NCBI GenBank assembly: GCA_963727445.1
Contig: CAVSGI010000013.1
Coordinates: 17,316-81,315 of the forward strand
Origin: an uncultured delta proteobacterium
Lineage (GTDB): Bacteria > Myxococcota_A > Polyangia > Polyangiales > B10-G4
Length of the DNA: 64,000 bases
Direction of reading: 5' to 3'
Shown here: positions 26,662-36,090 of the stretch, in pieces
Numbering within the stretch: the stretch's first letter is position 1
Layout: each line of letters begins with the position of its first letter
Notes under the pieces: generated by a model
What the model was told of the DNA's origin: nothing
The model's input: only the letters and a program-made list of their open reading frames with translations
The model's database searches: none
Translations under genes and position numbers: made by a program

Positions 26662-29472
26662 ATGAACCAGGAATTGTGGGGGGCCCGCCCCTCTCATCGC
26701 CCCCCTGCATCGCGCCTGCTCCTGGCCGTGCTCGCCCTCACGGCGGGCCTCGGCATCCCGGGCGCGGCCGCGGCTGACAATCCTTTCGATGCCTATCAGC
26801 GCGAGCTCGCGACCCAGGCCACGCGCCAGGGGCGAAGGCCCGAGGGCATCGTTCCCCTGCTGCAGATCTGGCGCAACTACCCCTGGGCCGATCCGGACGT
26901 CACGCGACAAGCCCTGTCGGAGCTCGCCGAGAGCCGCCGGCTCTCGCCGGCCCGCCGCGCCTACGCCGCGGCGCTCCACGCCCGAGCACTGTTGCGCAGC
27001 GGCGATCTGGAGGGGGCGGCGCGGCTGACCCGCGAGCTCGGCTACGTGACCGACTTTCGCGTGATCGGCTCCTTCGACGACGAGGGCAAGCGCGGCTTCG
27101 CGGCCGAGCTCCCACCCGAGGAGGAGCCCATGGCCGCGTGGGACGATACGGCCCATTACCGCGGCAAGGAGCGGCAGGTCTCCTGGCGGCCCTACCCCGC
27201 CGAGACCACGCACTACGGGTTCGTCAGCTTCGACAGCATCCTGCGCCCCAACGAGGCCTCCTGCGCCTTCGCCGAAACGTTCATCGAGTCCGAGCGCGAG
27301 CAGCCCCTGACGCTCTGGCTGGGCAACGGCGGCGCGGCAAAGATGTACTGGAACGGCGAGCTGGTGCTCGAAGACGAGATCTACCGCCAGCCCGATCCCG
27401 ACCGACACGTCGCGAGCGTGGCGGCGCACGCCGGCCCGAACCGGCTCTTGATCAAGCTCTGCGTCGACAGCGCGACCTGGGGCTTCTTCCTCCGCGTCGG
27501 CGATCGCACGGGCGCGCCGGCGAGCGGCGTGAGTGTCGATGCCTCGGCCCACGACGTCGCGGAAGAGGCGCCGCGGGTTCGGCCGGGGCGCCCGCTCCGC
27601 TCCGATCTCGCCGCCCTCGAGGCGGCCGCCGAAGGGGACCGCGCTCGGCCCGATGCCCTCGAGGCGCTGGCCCGCTACCTCGCCTACACGGGCGCGGACG
27701 ATCCCGCGGAGCGACACGCGCGACAGCTCGCCGCCCGCGCGGCGGAGGACGCGCCCACAGTCGAACGGCTCGCGCTGGCCGCCGCGTTGGCGTCGGAGCG
27801 GGGCGATACGCAGCGCTTCGCGGCGCGCGCCAGGGAGCTGGCGCCCGACGATCGGGATGCGCGCCTGTTGTGGGCGCGGGTCGCGGCAGGGGGTCCCAGC
27901 CCCGAGGATGCGCTGCCGCTGGTCACGCCGCTCATCGAGGGCGACGATCGGGTGGCGATGCAGGCCGGGCTCCTCCGGGCCGACCTCCTCGCGCAGATCG
28001 ACATGCGCGAGGCGGCCCTCGCGCAGGTGGCGGCGCTCGCGGCACAGACGGGAGACGCGCCGGGCTTCATCGAAGCCTGGGCCACGCGCGCGGAGGGGGC
28101 CGAGCACGCCGACCTCGCGCACCAGCTCCAGGACCGCCTGGTCGGCGCGCGCTACGACGCTATGAGCGCGCGGCGCGGCCTCGTCCTCGATGCGCTGCGC
28201 CGCAACGAGCGTTCGGAGGTGAACGCGCAGCTCGACGCCCTCGCGCAGCTCACGCCGGACAGCGCCTCGTCGTACCTCTTCTCGAGTCAGGTCTACGAGG
28301 GGCTGGGCGATACCGAGCGGGCGCTCGCCGAGCTGCAGCGCGCGCGGCGCCTCGCGCCCGAGGACGCGAACGTGATCCTCGCCGAAGGCCAGCTGCTGTT
28401 GCGCATGGGGCAGGACACGGCGGCGGCGGAGACATTCCGCATGGCCCTCGACCTGCGCCCCCAGGACGCCGAGACCCGCGAGCTCCTCGAACAGGTCGAG
28501 CCGGAGGATCGCCGAGACGAGGCGTACGCGGTGGATCGTCGCGAGCTGCTCGCGCGCCGCGTCGAGCGCTCGGGCTATTCGACCACCGTCCTCGAAGAGC
28601 TGACGGTGAACACGGTCTTCGAGAACGGCCTCGGGTCGAGCTTCCATCAGTTCGCGGCGCAGGCCCATGACGACGAAGGCGCGCGAAAGCTCCGGACCTA
28701 CTCGATCCAGTTCGACCCCGACACGCAGCGCGTCGACGTGCGTGCAGCGCGGGTCTACAAGCCGAGCGGGCGCGTCCTCGAAGCGACGCAGACCTTCGAG
28801 CAGCCCCTCGGCGAGCCCTGGTACCGCATCTACTACGACACGCGCGCCCTGGTCGTCGTCTTCCCGACCATCGAGCCGGGGGACACGGTCGAGATCCAGT
28901 ACCGCGTCGACGACATGGCGCATCGCAACCTCTTCGCCGACTACTACGGGGACCTCACCTTCCTGCAGGGCTTCACCCCGCAGAAGCGCGTCGACTACGT
29001 CCTCATCACACCGACCTCGCGCGAGTTCTTCTTCAACGAGCCGCAGCTCGCGAGCCTCGAGCACGACCGCACCGTCGACGGCGACACCCGCATCGATCAC
29101 TTCCACGCGGACGACGTGCCGGCGATCCGCGACGAGGAGGGGATGCCCGGGATGACCGAGGTCGCGCCCTACCTGCACGTGTCGACCTATCGCACCTGGG
29201 AAGACGTGGGTCGCTGGTGGTGGGGGCTGATCGCAGGATCAGCTCGTTCTCGACGACGACCTGCGCGCGACGGTGGCCGAGCTCGTCCGCGGCGCGCCCG
29301 ACCTCGAGACCAAGGTGCGGCGCATCCACGACTGGGTCATCCACCACACGCGCTACGTGGGGCTCGAGTTCGGCATCCACGGCTACAAGCCCTACCGCGT
29401 GCCGCTCATCGTCCAGCGCGGCTTCGGCGACTGCAAGGACAAGGCCTCGTTGCTCTACACCATGTTCCGTGA
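26662..29472 (+). CDS. Large secreted TPR-repeat protein, N-terminal portion of a TPR–transglutaminase-like gene broken near 29230
   Basis: Signal peptide MNQELWGARPSHRPPASRLLLAVLALTAGLGIPGAAAA. Long Ala/Leu/Arg helical TPR-like repeats. The real sequence runs to '...VSTYRTWEDVGRWWWG' and the frame then becomes R/P junk. Confidence 0.6.
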   Translation: MNQELWGARPSHRPPASRLLLAVLALTAGLGIPGAAAADNPFDAYQRELATQATRQGRRPEGIVPLLQIWRNYPWADPDVTRQALSELAESRRLSPARRAYAAALHARALLRSGDLEGAARLTRELGYVTDFRVIGSFDDEGKRGFAAELPPEEEPMAAWDDTAHYRGKERQVSWRPYPAETTHYGFVSFDSILRPNEASCAFAETFIESEREQPLTLWLGNGGAAKMYWNGELVLEDEIYRQPDPDRHVASVAAHAGPNRLLIKLCVDSATWGFFLRVGDRTGAPASGVSVDASAHDVAEEAPRVRPGRPLRSDLAALEAAAEGDRARPDALEALARYLAYTGADDPAERHARQLAARAAEDAPTVERLALAAALASERGDTQRFAARARELAPDDRDARLLWARVAAGGPSPEDALPLVTPLIEGDDRVAMQAGLLRADLLAQIDMREAALAQVAALAAQTGDAPGFIEAWATRAEGAEHADLAHQLQDRLVGARYDAMSARRGLVLDALRRNERSEVNAQLDALAQLTPDSASSYLFSSQVYEGLGDTERALAELQRARRLAPEDANVILAEGQLLLRMGQDTAAAETFRMALDLRPQDAETRELLEQVEPEDRRDEAYAVDRRELLARRVERSGYSTTVLEELTVNTVFENGLGSSFHQFAAQAHDDEGARKLRTYSIQFDPDTQRVDVRAARVYKPSGRVLEATQTFEQPLGEPWYRIYYDTRALVVVFPTIEPGDTVEIQYRVDDMAHRNLFADYYGDLTFLQGFTPQKRVDYVLITPTSREFFFNEPQLASLEHDRTVDGDTRIDHFHADDVPAIRDEEGMPGMTEVAPYLHVSTYRTWEDVGRWWWGLIAGSARSRRRPARDGGRARPRRARPRDQGAAHPRLGHPPHALRGARVRHPRLQALPRAAHRPARLRRLQGQGLVALHHVP

Positions 29473-30355
29473 GGCGGGCATCGACGCGCGCATCGTCCTG
29501 GTGCGCACCCGGCGTAACGGCGCGATCAACGATCTGCCGGCGAGCCTCTCGGTCTTCGACCACGCCATCGCCTACGTGAAGGACCTCGATCTCTACATCG
29601 ACGGGACCGCGGAGCACTCCGGCATCCGCGAGCTGCCCGCGATGGATCAGGGCGTGAGCGTGCTGGTGGTCGGGCCGAACGATGCCCACCTCACCCGCAC
29701 GCCGGTGCTCGGCCCCGAGCACGACCGCCGCGAGCGCGAGCTCACGGCGACCCTGGGCCCCGACGGCAGCGCCACCATCGACGTCGAGGAGCGCATCATC
29801 GGCGGCGACGCGCCGAGCTATCGCTCCGAGTACGCGGCCGAAGGGACGCGCGCCGACCGCTTCGAGCGACGCATGCGGAGCGTCTTTCCCGGCCTGGTGC
29901 TCGAGCGCCAGCGGATGGAGCATCTGGACGAGCTCGGGGAGCCGGTGACCGTGGACTACCGCGCGGAGGTGCCGCAGTTCGGTCGGCGCGACGACGGAAC
30001 GCTGGTGGTCCCGGCGACGGTGCTCGAGGATCTGCTCCGGTCGATGGCGCGCAACCCGAGCCGCCACTACCCGCTCGATCTCGGCGGGACCAGCAGCTAC
30101 CTCGAGGAGCGCACGATCCGCATCCCGCGCGGCTACTCGGTGGGCGAGGTGCCCGCCGGTGGTGAAGCGCGGAGCGAGTTCGGCACGCTGAGCATGCGGC
30201 TCGAACAGAGCGGGCGACAGGTGTCGGCGACGACGGAGCTGACCATCGCCCAGGACCGCATCTCCCCCGACGACTACCCGGCCTTCCGAAGGTGGGTGGA
30301 GCAGGCGGACGCCCTGTTGAGACAGCAGGTCCATCTCACGGGAGGTGAGCGATGA
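29273..30355 (+). CDS. Transglutaminase-like cysteine-protease-fold domain, probably the C-terminal part of the 26662 gene
   Basis: The +1 frame upstream of the Met is coding-like right after a stop at 29228 (SQDQLVLDDDLRATVAELVRGAPDLETK). Core 'RGFGDCKDKASLLYTMFREAGIDARIV...FDHAIAYV' carries the Cys and His of a transglutaminase-like triad. Confidence 0.6.
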   Translation: MAELVRGAPDLETKVRRIHDWVIHHTRYVGLEFGIHGYKPYRVPLIVQRGFGDCKDKASLLYTMFREAGIDARIVLVRTRRNGAINDLPASLSVFDHAIAYVKDLDLYIDGTAEHSGIRELPAMDQGVSVLVVGPNDAHLTRTPVLGPEHDRRERELTATLGPDGSATIDVEERIIGGDAPSYRSEYAAEGTRADRFERRMRSVFPGLVLERQRMEHLDELGEPVTVDYRAEVPQFGRRDDGTLVVPATVLEDLLRSMARNPSRHYPLDLGGTSSYLEERTIRIPRGYSVGEVPAGGEARSEFGTLSMRLEQSGRQVSATTELTIAQDRISPDDYPAFRRWVEQADALLRQQVHLTGGER

Positions 30356-33300
30356 AGCGCGCGCTCACCGCTGTCTTCCCCCTGCTCGTCGCCCTGCTCG
30401 TCGGCGCGTGCGGCGCGCGCGTCCAGACCGGAGCCCGTCCCACCATCGAGCTGCTGCGCCAGCGCGCCGCCGATCGACCCGACGACCCCGACGCCCAACG
30501 CGAGCTCGCCTTCGGTGAGCTGCTCATGGAGGGGGGCGACCCCGATCGCGCCGGCGGCCAGCTCGAGCGCGCGCTCGATCTCGCGCATGACGACGAGCGG
30601 ATCATCTATCTCCTCGGCGTCCACTACGAGCTCACGGGACACCCCGGCGCCGCGCTCTCCCACTATCTGTCGGCGCTCGAAGCGGCGTCGCACTCCGAGC
30701 GCGGGATCGCTCCCTTCGTCGCAGAGGCCGCGGCCAAGGGCGTGCTGGAGCTGGAGGACGTGGCGCCCGGGTGGGCCGAGCACACGAAGGAAAGGCTCGT
30801 GCCGCTCGCCTCGTCGCCCGGCTACATGGGGGCGCCGGCGCGGCACGTGGTCGGCCGGCTCCTGATGGAGATCGCCTTTCGCCACGGCGCCATCGACGAG
30901 GTGGCGACCCTCGCCGCCGACGACGGCTGCATCACCGAGCTGCGGAGCGCCGGACCCTTCGGGCCGTGGGAGCTCCTCGGCTTCGACGAGGCGTTCCCGC
31001 CGGAGTCCGACGCGGAGCTTCGCGATTCGTACGACCTCGGGCCCACGCGCGGGGTGCGGGCCACGCGCGAGCTCGGCGCACGCGGGTGCGCCATTCATCT
31101 GGGCGGCGGCCCGATCGCCGAGGGAGGGACCACCTACGTCGAAGCGTTCGTCGAGATCCCACGCGCGGGGGAGTACGTCGTCCGGGTCGAGACCCCGAAC
31201 TCGGTGGAGCTCTTCATCGACGGTGATTCGGCGGCGCGCCTCGACCATCGCGTCGAGCCGATGGTGCGGACGACCTTCCATCGGCACCACTTCGATTCCG
31301 GCCGCCACCGCGTCCTCGCGAAGGTCACCACGCGGCACCCCAACCCGGTCATCGCCCTTTCGATCAGCGATCATTTCGGACAGAGCGCCGCCGGCGCTCC
31401 GAGCGCGCCGAGCCACGACAACTTCGCTTCCGGCGCTGGTCTCGGTCGCCCCCGCGGCGACGGCGTCTTCGAGGCGTATCTCCGAGCGCAGATCGCTCTG
31501 TCGCGGGGCGATCCCGTGGGGGCGCGCCGCGCGCTCCGGCGCGAGCTGCCCGAGCGGCGCGCCTCGCCGGTGATGCTTCAGCTCGCCTCCGTCGTCGCCC
31601 TGGGCGATCCGCTACGCCCGAACGACATGCGGCGGGACGCGGCGCGGCGCTACCTCCGGCAGGCGCACCGTCGCGACGGAAGCGCCTGGTTCCCGGTGGT
31701 CGAGCTGGCGAAGCTGGACGCCGCGGACGGGCGTCTTCTGGCAGCTCTCCACGCCCTCGAGGGCGCCGAAGAGCGGTGGCCCGAGGTCTTGGGCTTCCCG
31801 CTCACCCGCGCGGACCTGCTCTTCGCTCGCGGTTGGGATGCGCAGGCCGAGCGCGAGATCGAAAAGGCCAGAGAGGTCGCGCCCGACTCGTGCGCGCCCC
31901 TTCGCGGTGCGCTCGCGGCCGCCGAGCGCCACCTGCGCTACGAGCAGATGGACCGACTCGCCGACCAGATGGTCGCCTGCGACGCGCGCAACACGACGCG
32001 CTTCTCGCTCGCCCTCCGCGCGCGAGACTGGGAGCGGGCGAGCGCCGAGCTCGAGCGCCTCGAATCCCTCGAGCCGCCACAGACCCGCCTGGCGCTCATG
32101 TCCAGCGAGATCGCGGTGGCGCGCGGGCGCGGCGACGACGCGGCCGTCGGCCGCATCCTCGCGCGGATGGCCGAGCTCAGCCCCCGCAGCATCACGCCGC
32201 CCATCGACATCGCCGATCGACGCATGGCGACGGGCAACCTCGACGGCGCACGCCAGGAGCTCCACGACGCGGTGACGCGCGAGCCCGCAGCGCTCGGCGA
32301 GCTGCGCATGATCTCGCGCGCGATCGGCGGCGAGTTCGCGCTCTCCGAGTTCCGCCTCGACGGCGCCGCCGTGATCCGCGAGTTCGAAGCGAGCGGCCAC
32401 GAGTACGACGAGCCGGAGGTGCTGGTGCTCGACTACACGGTGGTCCGTGTCTTCGAGGACGGCTCGACTCTCGACCTCACCCACAACATCTGGCGGGTGC
32501 AGGCCGACGAGGCCCTCGACGAACGCGGCGAGTTCACGCCCCCGCCGGGCGCCCACATGCTGACCCTGCACACCATCAAGGCCGACGGGCGCCGGCTCGA
32601 GGCCGACCCCATCGAGGGCAAGGACAGCATCAGCCTGCCCAGCCTCGAGCCCGGTGACTACGTCGAGTACGAGTACGTGACCACCGGCGAGCCGGTCCAC
32701 GCGTTCCCGGGTGGTTTCCTCGGCGACCGCTTCTATTTCCGAAGCTTCGAGACGCCCTACGACAAGAGCCAGCTGACGATGGTGATGCCGCGCGGCATGG
32801 AGCCCCTCGTCGACCCGCGCGGCCCTGCACCCACGACCGAGGAGCGTCTCGAGGACGACTTGCGCATCCTGCGCTGGACCGCGCGCGAGAGCCGCCCGAT
32901 CCCGGCCGAGCCTTCGAGCGTCAGCCCCAAGGAGTACCTGCCCTCGATCAACGTCGGTATCCGCGCCACCTGGCCGAGCTTCGTGGAGAGCCTGCGCGAC
33001 GCCCTCGCCGACCAGGACGTTCACGATCCCGCGGCGCGCGCGCTGGTGGCGCGTGTCCTCGGGCACGCCCGCAATGCCCGACAGCGCGTGAAAGCCGAGC
33101 GCCTCTACCGCTGGGTGCTGGACAACGTCGAGAACAACAACGACGTCTTCGGCCTCGCGCCGTCGATGCTCGCCGATCGCACCGGCAACCGCGCGCGCCT
33201 GCTGCAGTACCTCTTCGGCCTCGCGGGCGTGCGCTCCAAGCTGGTGATCGCGCGCACGCTCGCCGCCGATGCGACGCCCACCGAGCTGCCGGATCCCGAG

Positions 33301-34113
33301 ACCTACCAACACCTGCTGGTCATGGTGGGTGAAGGCGACCACGCGGTCTTCCTCTCGACCGTCGATCGGGGTGCGCCCTTCGGCTACGTGCCGCCACAGC
33401 TCCGCGGCGAGCCGGCGCTGGTGCTCGATGCGAGCGCCGGACAGGTGGAGATCCCGAACGCGGAGATCGGCGCCGATCGGCGCTCGATCGAAATCGAGCT
33501 CACCGTCCAGCGAAACGGCTCGGCCACGGCGGAGGTGGTCGAGACCTTCCGGGGCGCGCCGGCCATCGCCTGGCGACGCGACCTCGAGTCGATCCCCGCC
33601 GCCATGCTCGAGCACCGCTTCGAGGAGGGCTACGTAGCGCGCATCGTGCCGGGGGCGACGCTGTCGAGCCTGACGGTGAGCGGGCGAGAGGACATCGAGC
33701 AGCCGCTGGTGTTCACCTATTCCTTCGATGTGAGCCAGCTCGGGCAGGTGCAATCCGGTCGCCGCCGCATTCCGACGCTCTACCCGACCATCCTCGCGCC
33801 GGTCTACGCGCGGCTCGGAGAACGCACCACCACCGAGCTGGTCGCGCCCGGCGTCGACGTGGACGTGCGGATCACGCTGCGAGCCGCCGGAGGCCTCTCG
33901 CTCCCCGCGCCTCCCCGCGAGGTGCGCATCGCCGACCCGAGCGGCAGCTCGCTCCGCATGCGGGCCTCACGCGAAGGCGACGCGCTCGTGCTCGAACGCG
34001 AGGTGCGAGTCCCGGTGATGCGCGTCCCCGCCGACGAGTACGCGCGCTTCGCGGCGTTCTGTCGCCGCGTCGACGAAGCCGAAGCCGCAGAGCTCGCTCT
34101 GCCCCAGAACTGA
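30352..34113 (+). CDS. Large lipoprotein, TPR-like repeats plus a transglutaminase-like domain that lacks the catalytic Cys (paralog of the previous gene)
   Basis: ATGA overlap, GGAGG RBS, lipobox MKRALTAVFPLLVALLVGACGA. 'RLYRWVLDNVENNNDVFGLAPSMLADRTGNRARLLQYLFGLAGVRSKLVIART' aligns to the TGase core of 29273-30355 with Cys replaced (GDCKDKASLL vs GN--RARLL). Confidence 0.65.
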   Translation: MKRALTAVFPLLVALLVGACGARVQTGARPTIELLRQRAADRPDDPDAQRELAFGELLMEGGDPDRAGGQLERALDLAHDDERIIYLLGVHYELTGHPGAALSHYLSALEAASHSERGIAPFVAEAAAKGVLELEDVAPGWAEHTKERLVPLASSPGYMGAPARHVVGRLLMEIAFRHGAIDEVATLAADDGCITELRSAGPFGPWELLGFDEAFPPESDAELRDSYDLGPTRGVRATRELGARGCAIHLGGGPIAEGGTTYVEAFVEIPRAGEYVVRVETPNSVELFIDGDSAARLDHRVEPMVRTTFHRHHFDSGRHRVLAKVTTRHPNPVIALSISDHFGQSAAGAPSAPSHDNFASGAGLGRPRGDGVFEAYLRAQIALSRGDPVGARRALRRELPERRASPVMLQLASVVALGDPLRPNDMRRDAARRYLRQAHRRDGSAWFPVVELAKLDAADGRLLAALHALEGAEERWPEVLGFPLTRADLLFARGWDAQAEREIEKAREVAPDSCAPLRGALAAAERHLRYEQMDRLADQMVACDARNTTRFSLALRARDWERASAELERLESLEPPQTRLALMSSEIAVARGRGDDAAVGRILARMAELSPRSITPPIDIADRRMATGNLDGARQELHDAVTREPAALGELRMISRAIGGEFALSEFRLDGAAVIREFEASGHEYDEPEVLVLDYTVVRVFEDGSTLDLTHNIWRVQADEALDERGEFTPPPGAHMLTLHTIKADGRRLEADPIEGKDSISLPSLEPGDYVEYEYVTTGEPVHAFPGGFLGDRFYFRSFETPYDKSQLTMVMPRGMEPLVDPRGPAPTTEERLEDDLRILRWTARESRPIPAEPSSVSPKEYLPSINVGIRATWPSFVESLRDALADQDVHDPAARALVARVLGHARNARQRVKAERLYRWVLDNVENNNDVFGLAPSMLADRTGNRARLLQYLFGLAGVRSKLVIARTLAADATPTELPDPETYQHLLVMVGEGDHAVFLSTVDRGAPFGYVPPQLRGEPALVLDASAGQVEIPNAEIGADRRSIEIELTVQRNGSATAEVVETFRGAPAIAWRRDLESIPAAMLEHRFEEGYVARIVPGATLSSLTVSGREDIEQPLVFTYSFDVSQLGQVQSGRRRIPTLYPTILAPVYARLGERTTTELVAPGVDVDVRITLRAAGGLSLPAPPREVRIADPSGSSLRMRASREGDALVLEREVRVPVMRVPADEYARFAAFCRRVDEAEAAELALPQN

Positions 34114-34126
34114 TCGGAAGAGCGCC

Positions 34127-35134
34127 ATGGTCACTCACCGCACGATCCATCGAACGACGCACCTGAACGTCGAGGAGCTGCCGACCGGGCAGATCTCGCG
34201 CGTGTACATCGAGATCGTGGCGGACGGACTGGCCTCGGACGTGTTGATCCCGATCCTGGTGGCCCGGGGGCGCAAGCCGGGCCCGGTGTTCGGGCTGACT
34301 GCGGCGGTGCACGGTAACGAGCTCAACGGCATCCGGGTGATCCACGACTTCTTCGAGGAGCTGGACGTGGCGCACCTGCGCGGCACGCTCTGCGGCGTGG
34401 TGTGCGTCAACATTCCGGGTTTGCACGCACACCAGCGGGAGATCTACCAGAGCTTCGACCTCAACCACACCTTCCCGGGATCGCCCAGCGGCAACGTGGC
34501 GCAGCTCTACGCGAACCGGCTCCTCGATCGCATCGTCGACCGCTTCGATTATCTCGTCGACCTCCACACGGCGAGCTTCGGACGCATCAACAGCCTCTAC
34601 GTGCGCGCCGACCTCGAGAACGAACAGACGCGGATGATGGCGACGCGCCTTCGGCCACAGATCGTCGTCCACAACCCTGCGAGCGATTACACCCTTCGCG
34701 GCGCGGCGATGGAACGGGGCATCCCGGCCATCACCGTGGAGGTCGGCGACCCCCAGCGCTTTCAGGCGAAGTACGTGAAGTCGACGCGGCTCGGGATCCG
34801 CGACCTGCTCGCGGACGCCGAGATGCTCCCGCGCAAGAAACGGAAGGACGCCCCGACGCCGATCTTCTGCAAGCGCTCCCACTGGATGTACACCGACCGG
34901 GGCGGTCTCCTCGAGGTGATCCCCAGCGTTGCGACGCGGGTGAAAGAGGGCGAGACCATCGCCGCCGTGCGCGACGCCTTCGGCGATCTGATCCGCGAGT
35001 ACCACGCGCCCCAAGATGGGGTGGTGATCGGCAAGAGCAACAACCCCATCAGTCCGACGGGCTCGCGGATCCTGCACATCGGATTCGAGATGGAGAGCGA
35101 CCTCGGCTCCCCCCCTCGGGGAGTGCCTGCGTGA
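34127..35134 (+). CDS. Succinylglutamate desuccinylase / aspartoacylase (AstE/AspA) family zinc deacylase
   Basis: 'LTAAVHGNELNG' zinc-binding motif. 'VDLHTASFG' and a Glu-containing C-terminal region typical of the family. Confidence 0.7.
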   Translation: MVTHRTIHRTTHLNVEELPTGQISRVYIEIVADGLASDVLIPILVARGRKPGPVFGLTAAVHGNELNGIRVIHDFFEELDVAHLRGTLCGVVCVNIPGLHAHQREIYQSFDLNHTFPGSPSGNVAQLYANRLLDRIVDRFDYLVDLHTASFGRINSLYVRADLENEQTRMMATRLRPQIVVHNPASDYTLRGAAMERGIPAITVEVGDPQRFQAKYVKSTRLGIRDLLADAEMLPRKKRKDAPTPIFCKRSHWMYTDRGGLLEVIPSVATRVKEGETIAAVRDAFGDLIREYHAPQDGVVIGKSNNPISPTGSRILHIGFEMESDLGSPPRGVPA

Positions 35135-36087
35135 GGGCGCTCTTCCTCGTCAACGAGGTCGCCGAGCTGATCCCGTCGATGACCACCGCCCGCATGGCGG
35201 TGGCCGCGAGCGCCTCGGGCGTCGAGACCTGGATCGCGGAGCTCGGGGGCCTCGGTATCGACGACGAAGGGCGAATCACCCTGCGCGCGCGGCAGGCCCC
35301 GAGCTCCCTCGATGCCCTCACCGGCCTCGGCAGCCGTGACACCGAGTCGCTCGAAGTGACGCCCACCGACGTGCTCCTGGTACGCCTCAATCCGGCGCGC
35401 TACGGCTCCCCCGCGCAGATCGAGCTCACGCTCTGGATGCTCGACGCCCTCTCCCATCGCGGCGTCGCGGTCATCAACTCCGCCGCGAGCCTCGCTCGCA
35501 CGGCGACCAAGGCGTTCCTCTCCGAGCTGCCGAAGCATCTTCGGCCCGCACAAGCCGTCGCTGCCAACGCCGAAGACGCGCTCGCGGCGATCGCGCGGCT
35601 GGGCCCGGAGGTGGTGGTCAAGCCGGTGCGGGGCACGCGCGGCATCGGCGTCTCCAAGATCGACGTGCGCGGGCAGGACCCACGCCCGGTGGTCGGGGAG
35701 CTGCTCGTACAGGGACCCCTCGTCGTTCAGGAGCTCCTCCCGAACGCGTCGGCGGGCGACAAGCGCATCGTGGTCGTCGACGGCGCGCCCCTCGAAGCCG
35801 ACGGCCAGCTGGTCGCCGTGCGCCGGATCCCCGCCGAGGGCGAGCTTCGTTCGAACCTCCACGCGGGCGGGCGCCCCGAGGCCACCACCCTCACGCCGGC
35901 CGAGACGAGCCTCCTCCGCGACCTGGGCCCACACCTGAACGACGCAGGCCTGCGCGTCGCGGGGGTGGACGTCCTCGCCGACAAGGTCCTCGAGATCAAC
36001 GTCTGGGCGCCTGGCGGCCTCGGCCCCTTCGAGAAGACCACCGGCATCGACGCGGCTCCGGCCCTCGTCGCCGCCCTGTTGGCCTAG
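35131..36087 (+). CDS. ATP-grasp ligase, RimK / glutathione-synthetase-like
   Basis: GTG start overlaps the previous stop. 'PEVVVKPVRGTRGIGVSKI', 'RIVVVDGAPL', 'EINVWAPGG' ATP-grasp signatures. The ORF-track N-terminus (34402-35130) is shadow. Confidence 0.65.
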   Translation: MRALFLVNEVAELIPSMTTARMAVAASASGVETWIAELGGLGIDDEGRITLRARQAPSSLDALTGLGSRDTESLEVTPTDVLLVRLNPARYGSPAQIELTLWMLDALSHRGVAVINSAASLARTATKAFLSELPKHLRPAQAVAANAEDALAAIARLGPEVVVKPVRGTRGIGVSKIDVRGQDPRPVVGELLVQGPLVVQELLPNASAGDKRIVVVDGAPLEADGQLVAVRRIPAEGELRSNLHAGGRPEATTLTPAETSLLRDLGPHLNDAGLRVAGVDVLADKVLEINVWAPGGLGPFEKTTGIDAAPALVAALLA

Positions 36088-36090
36088 TGC

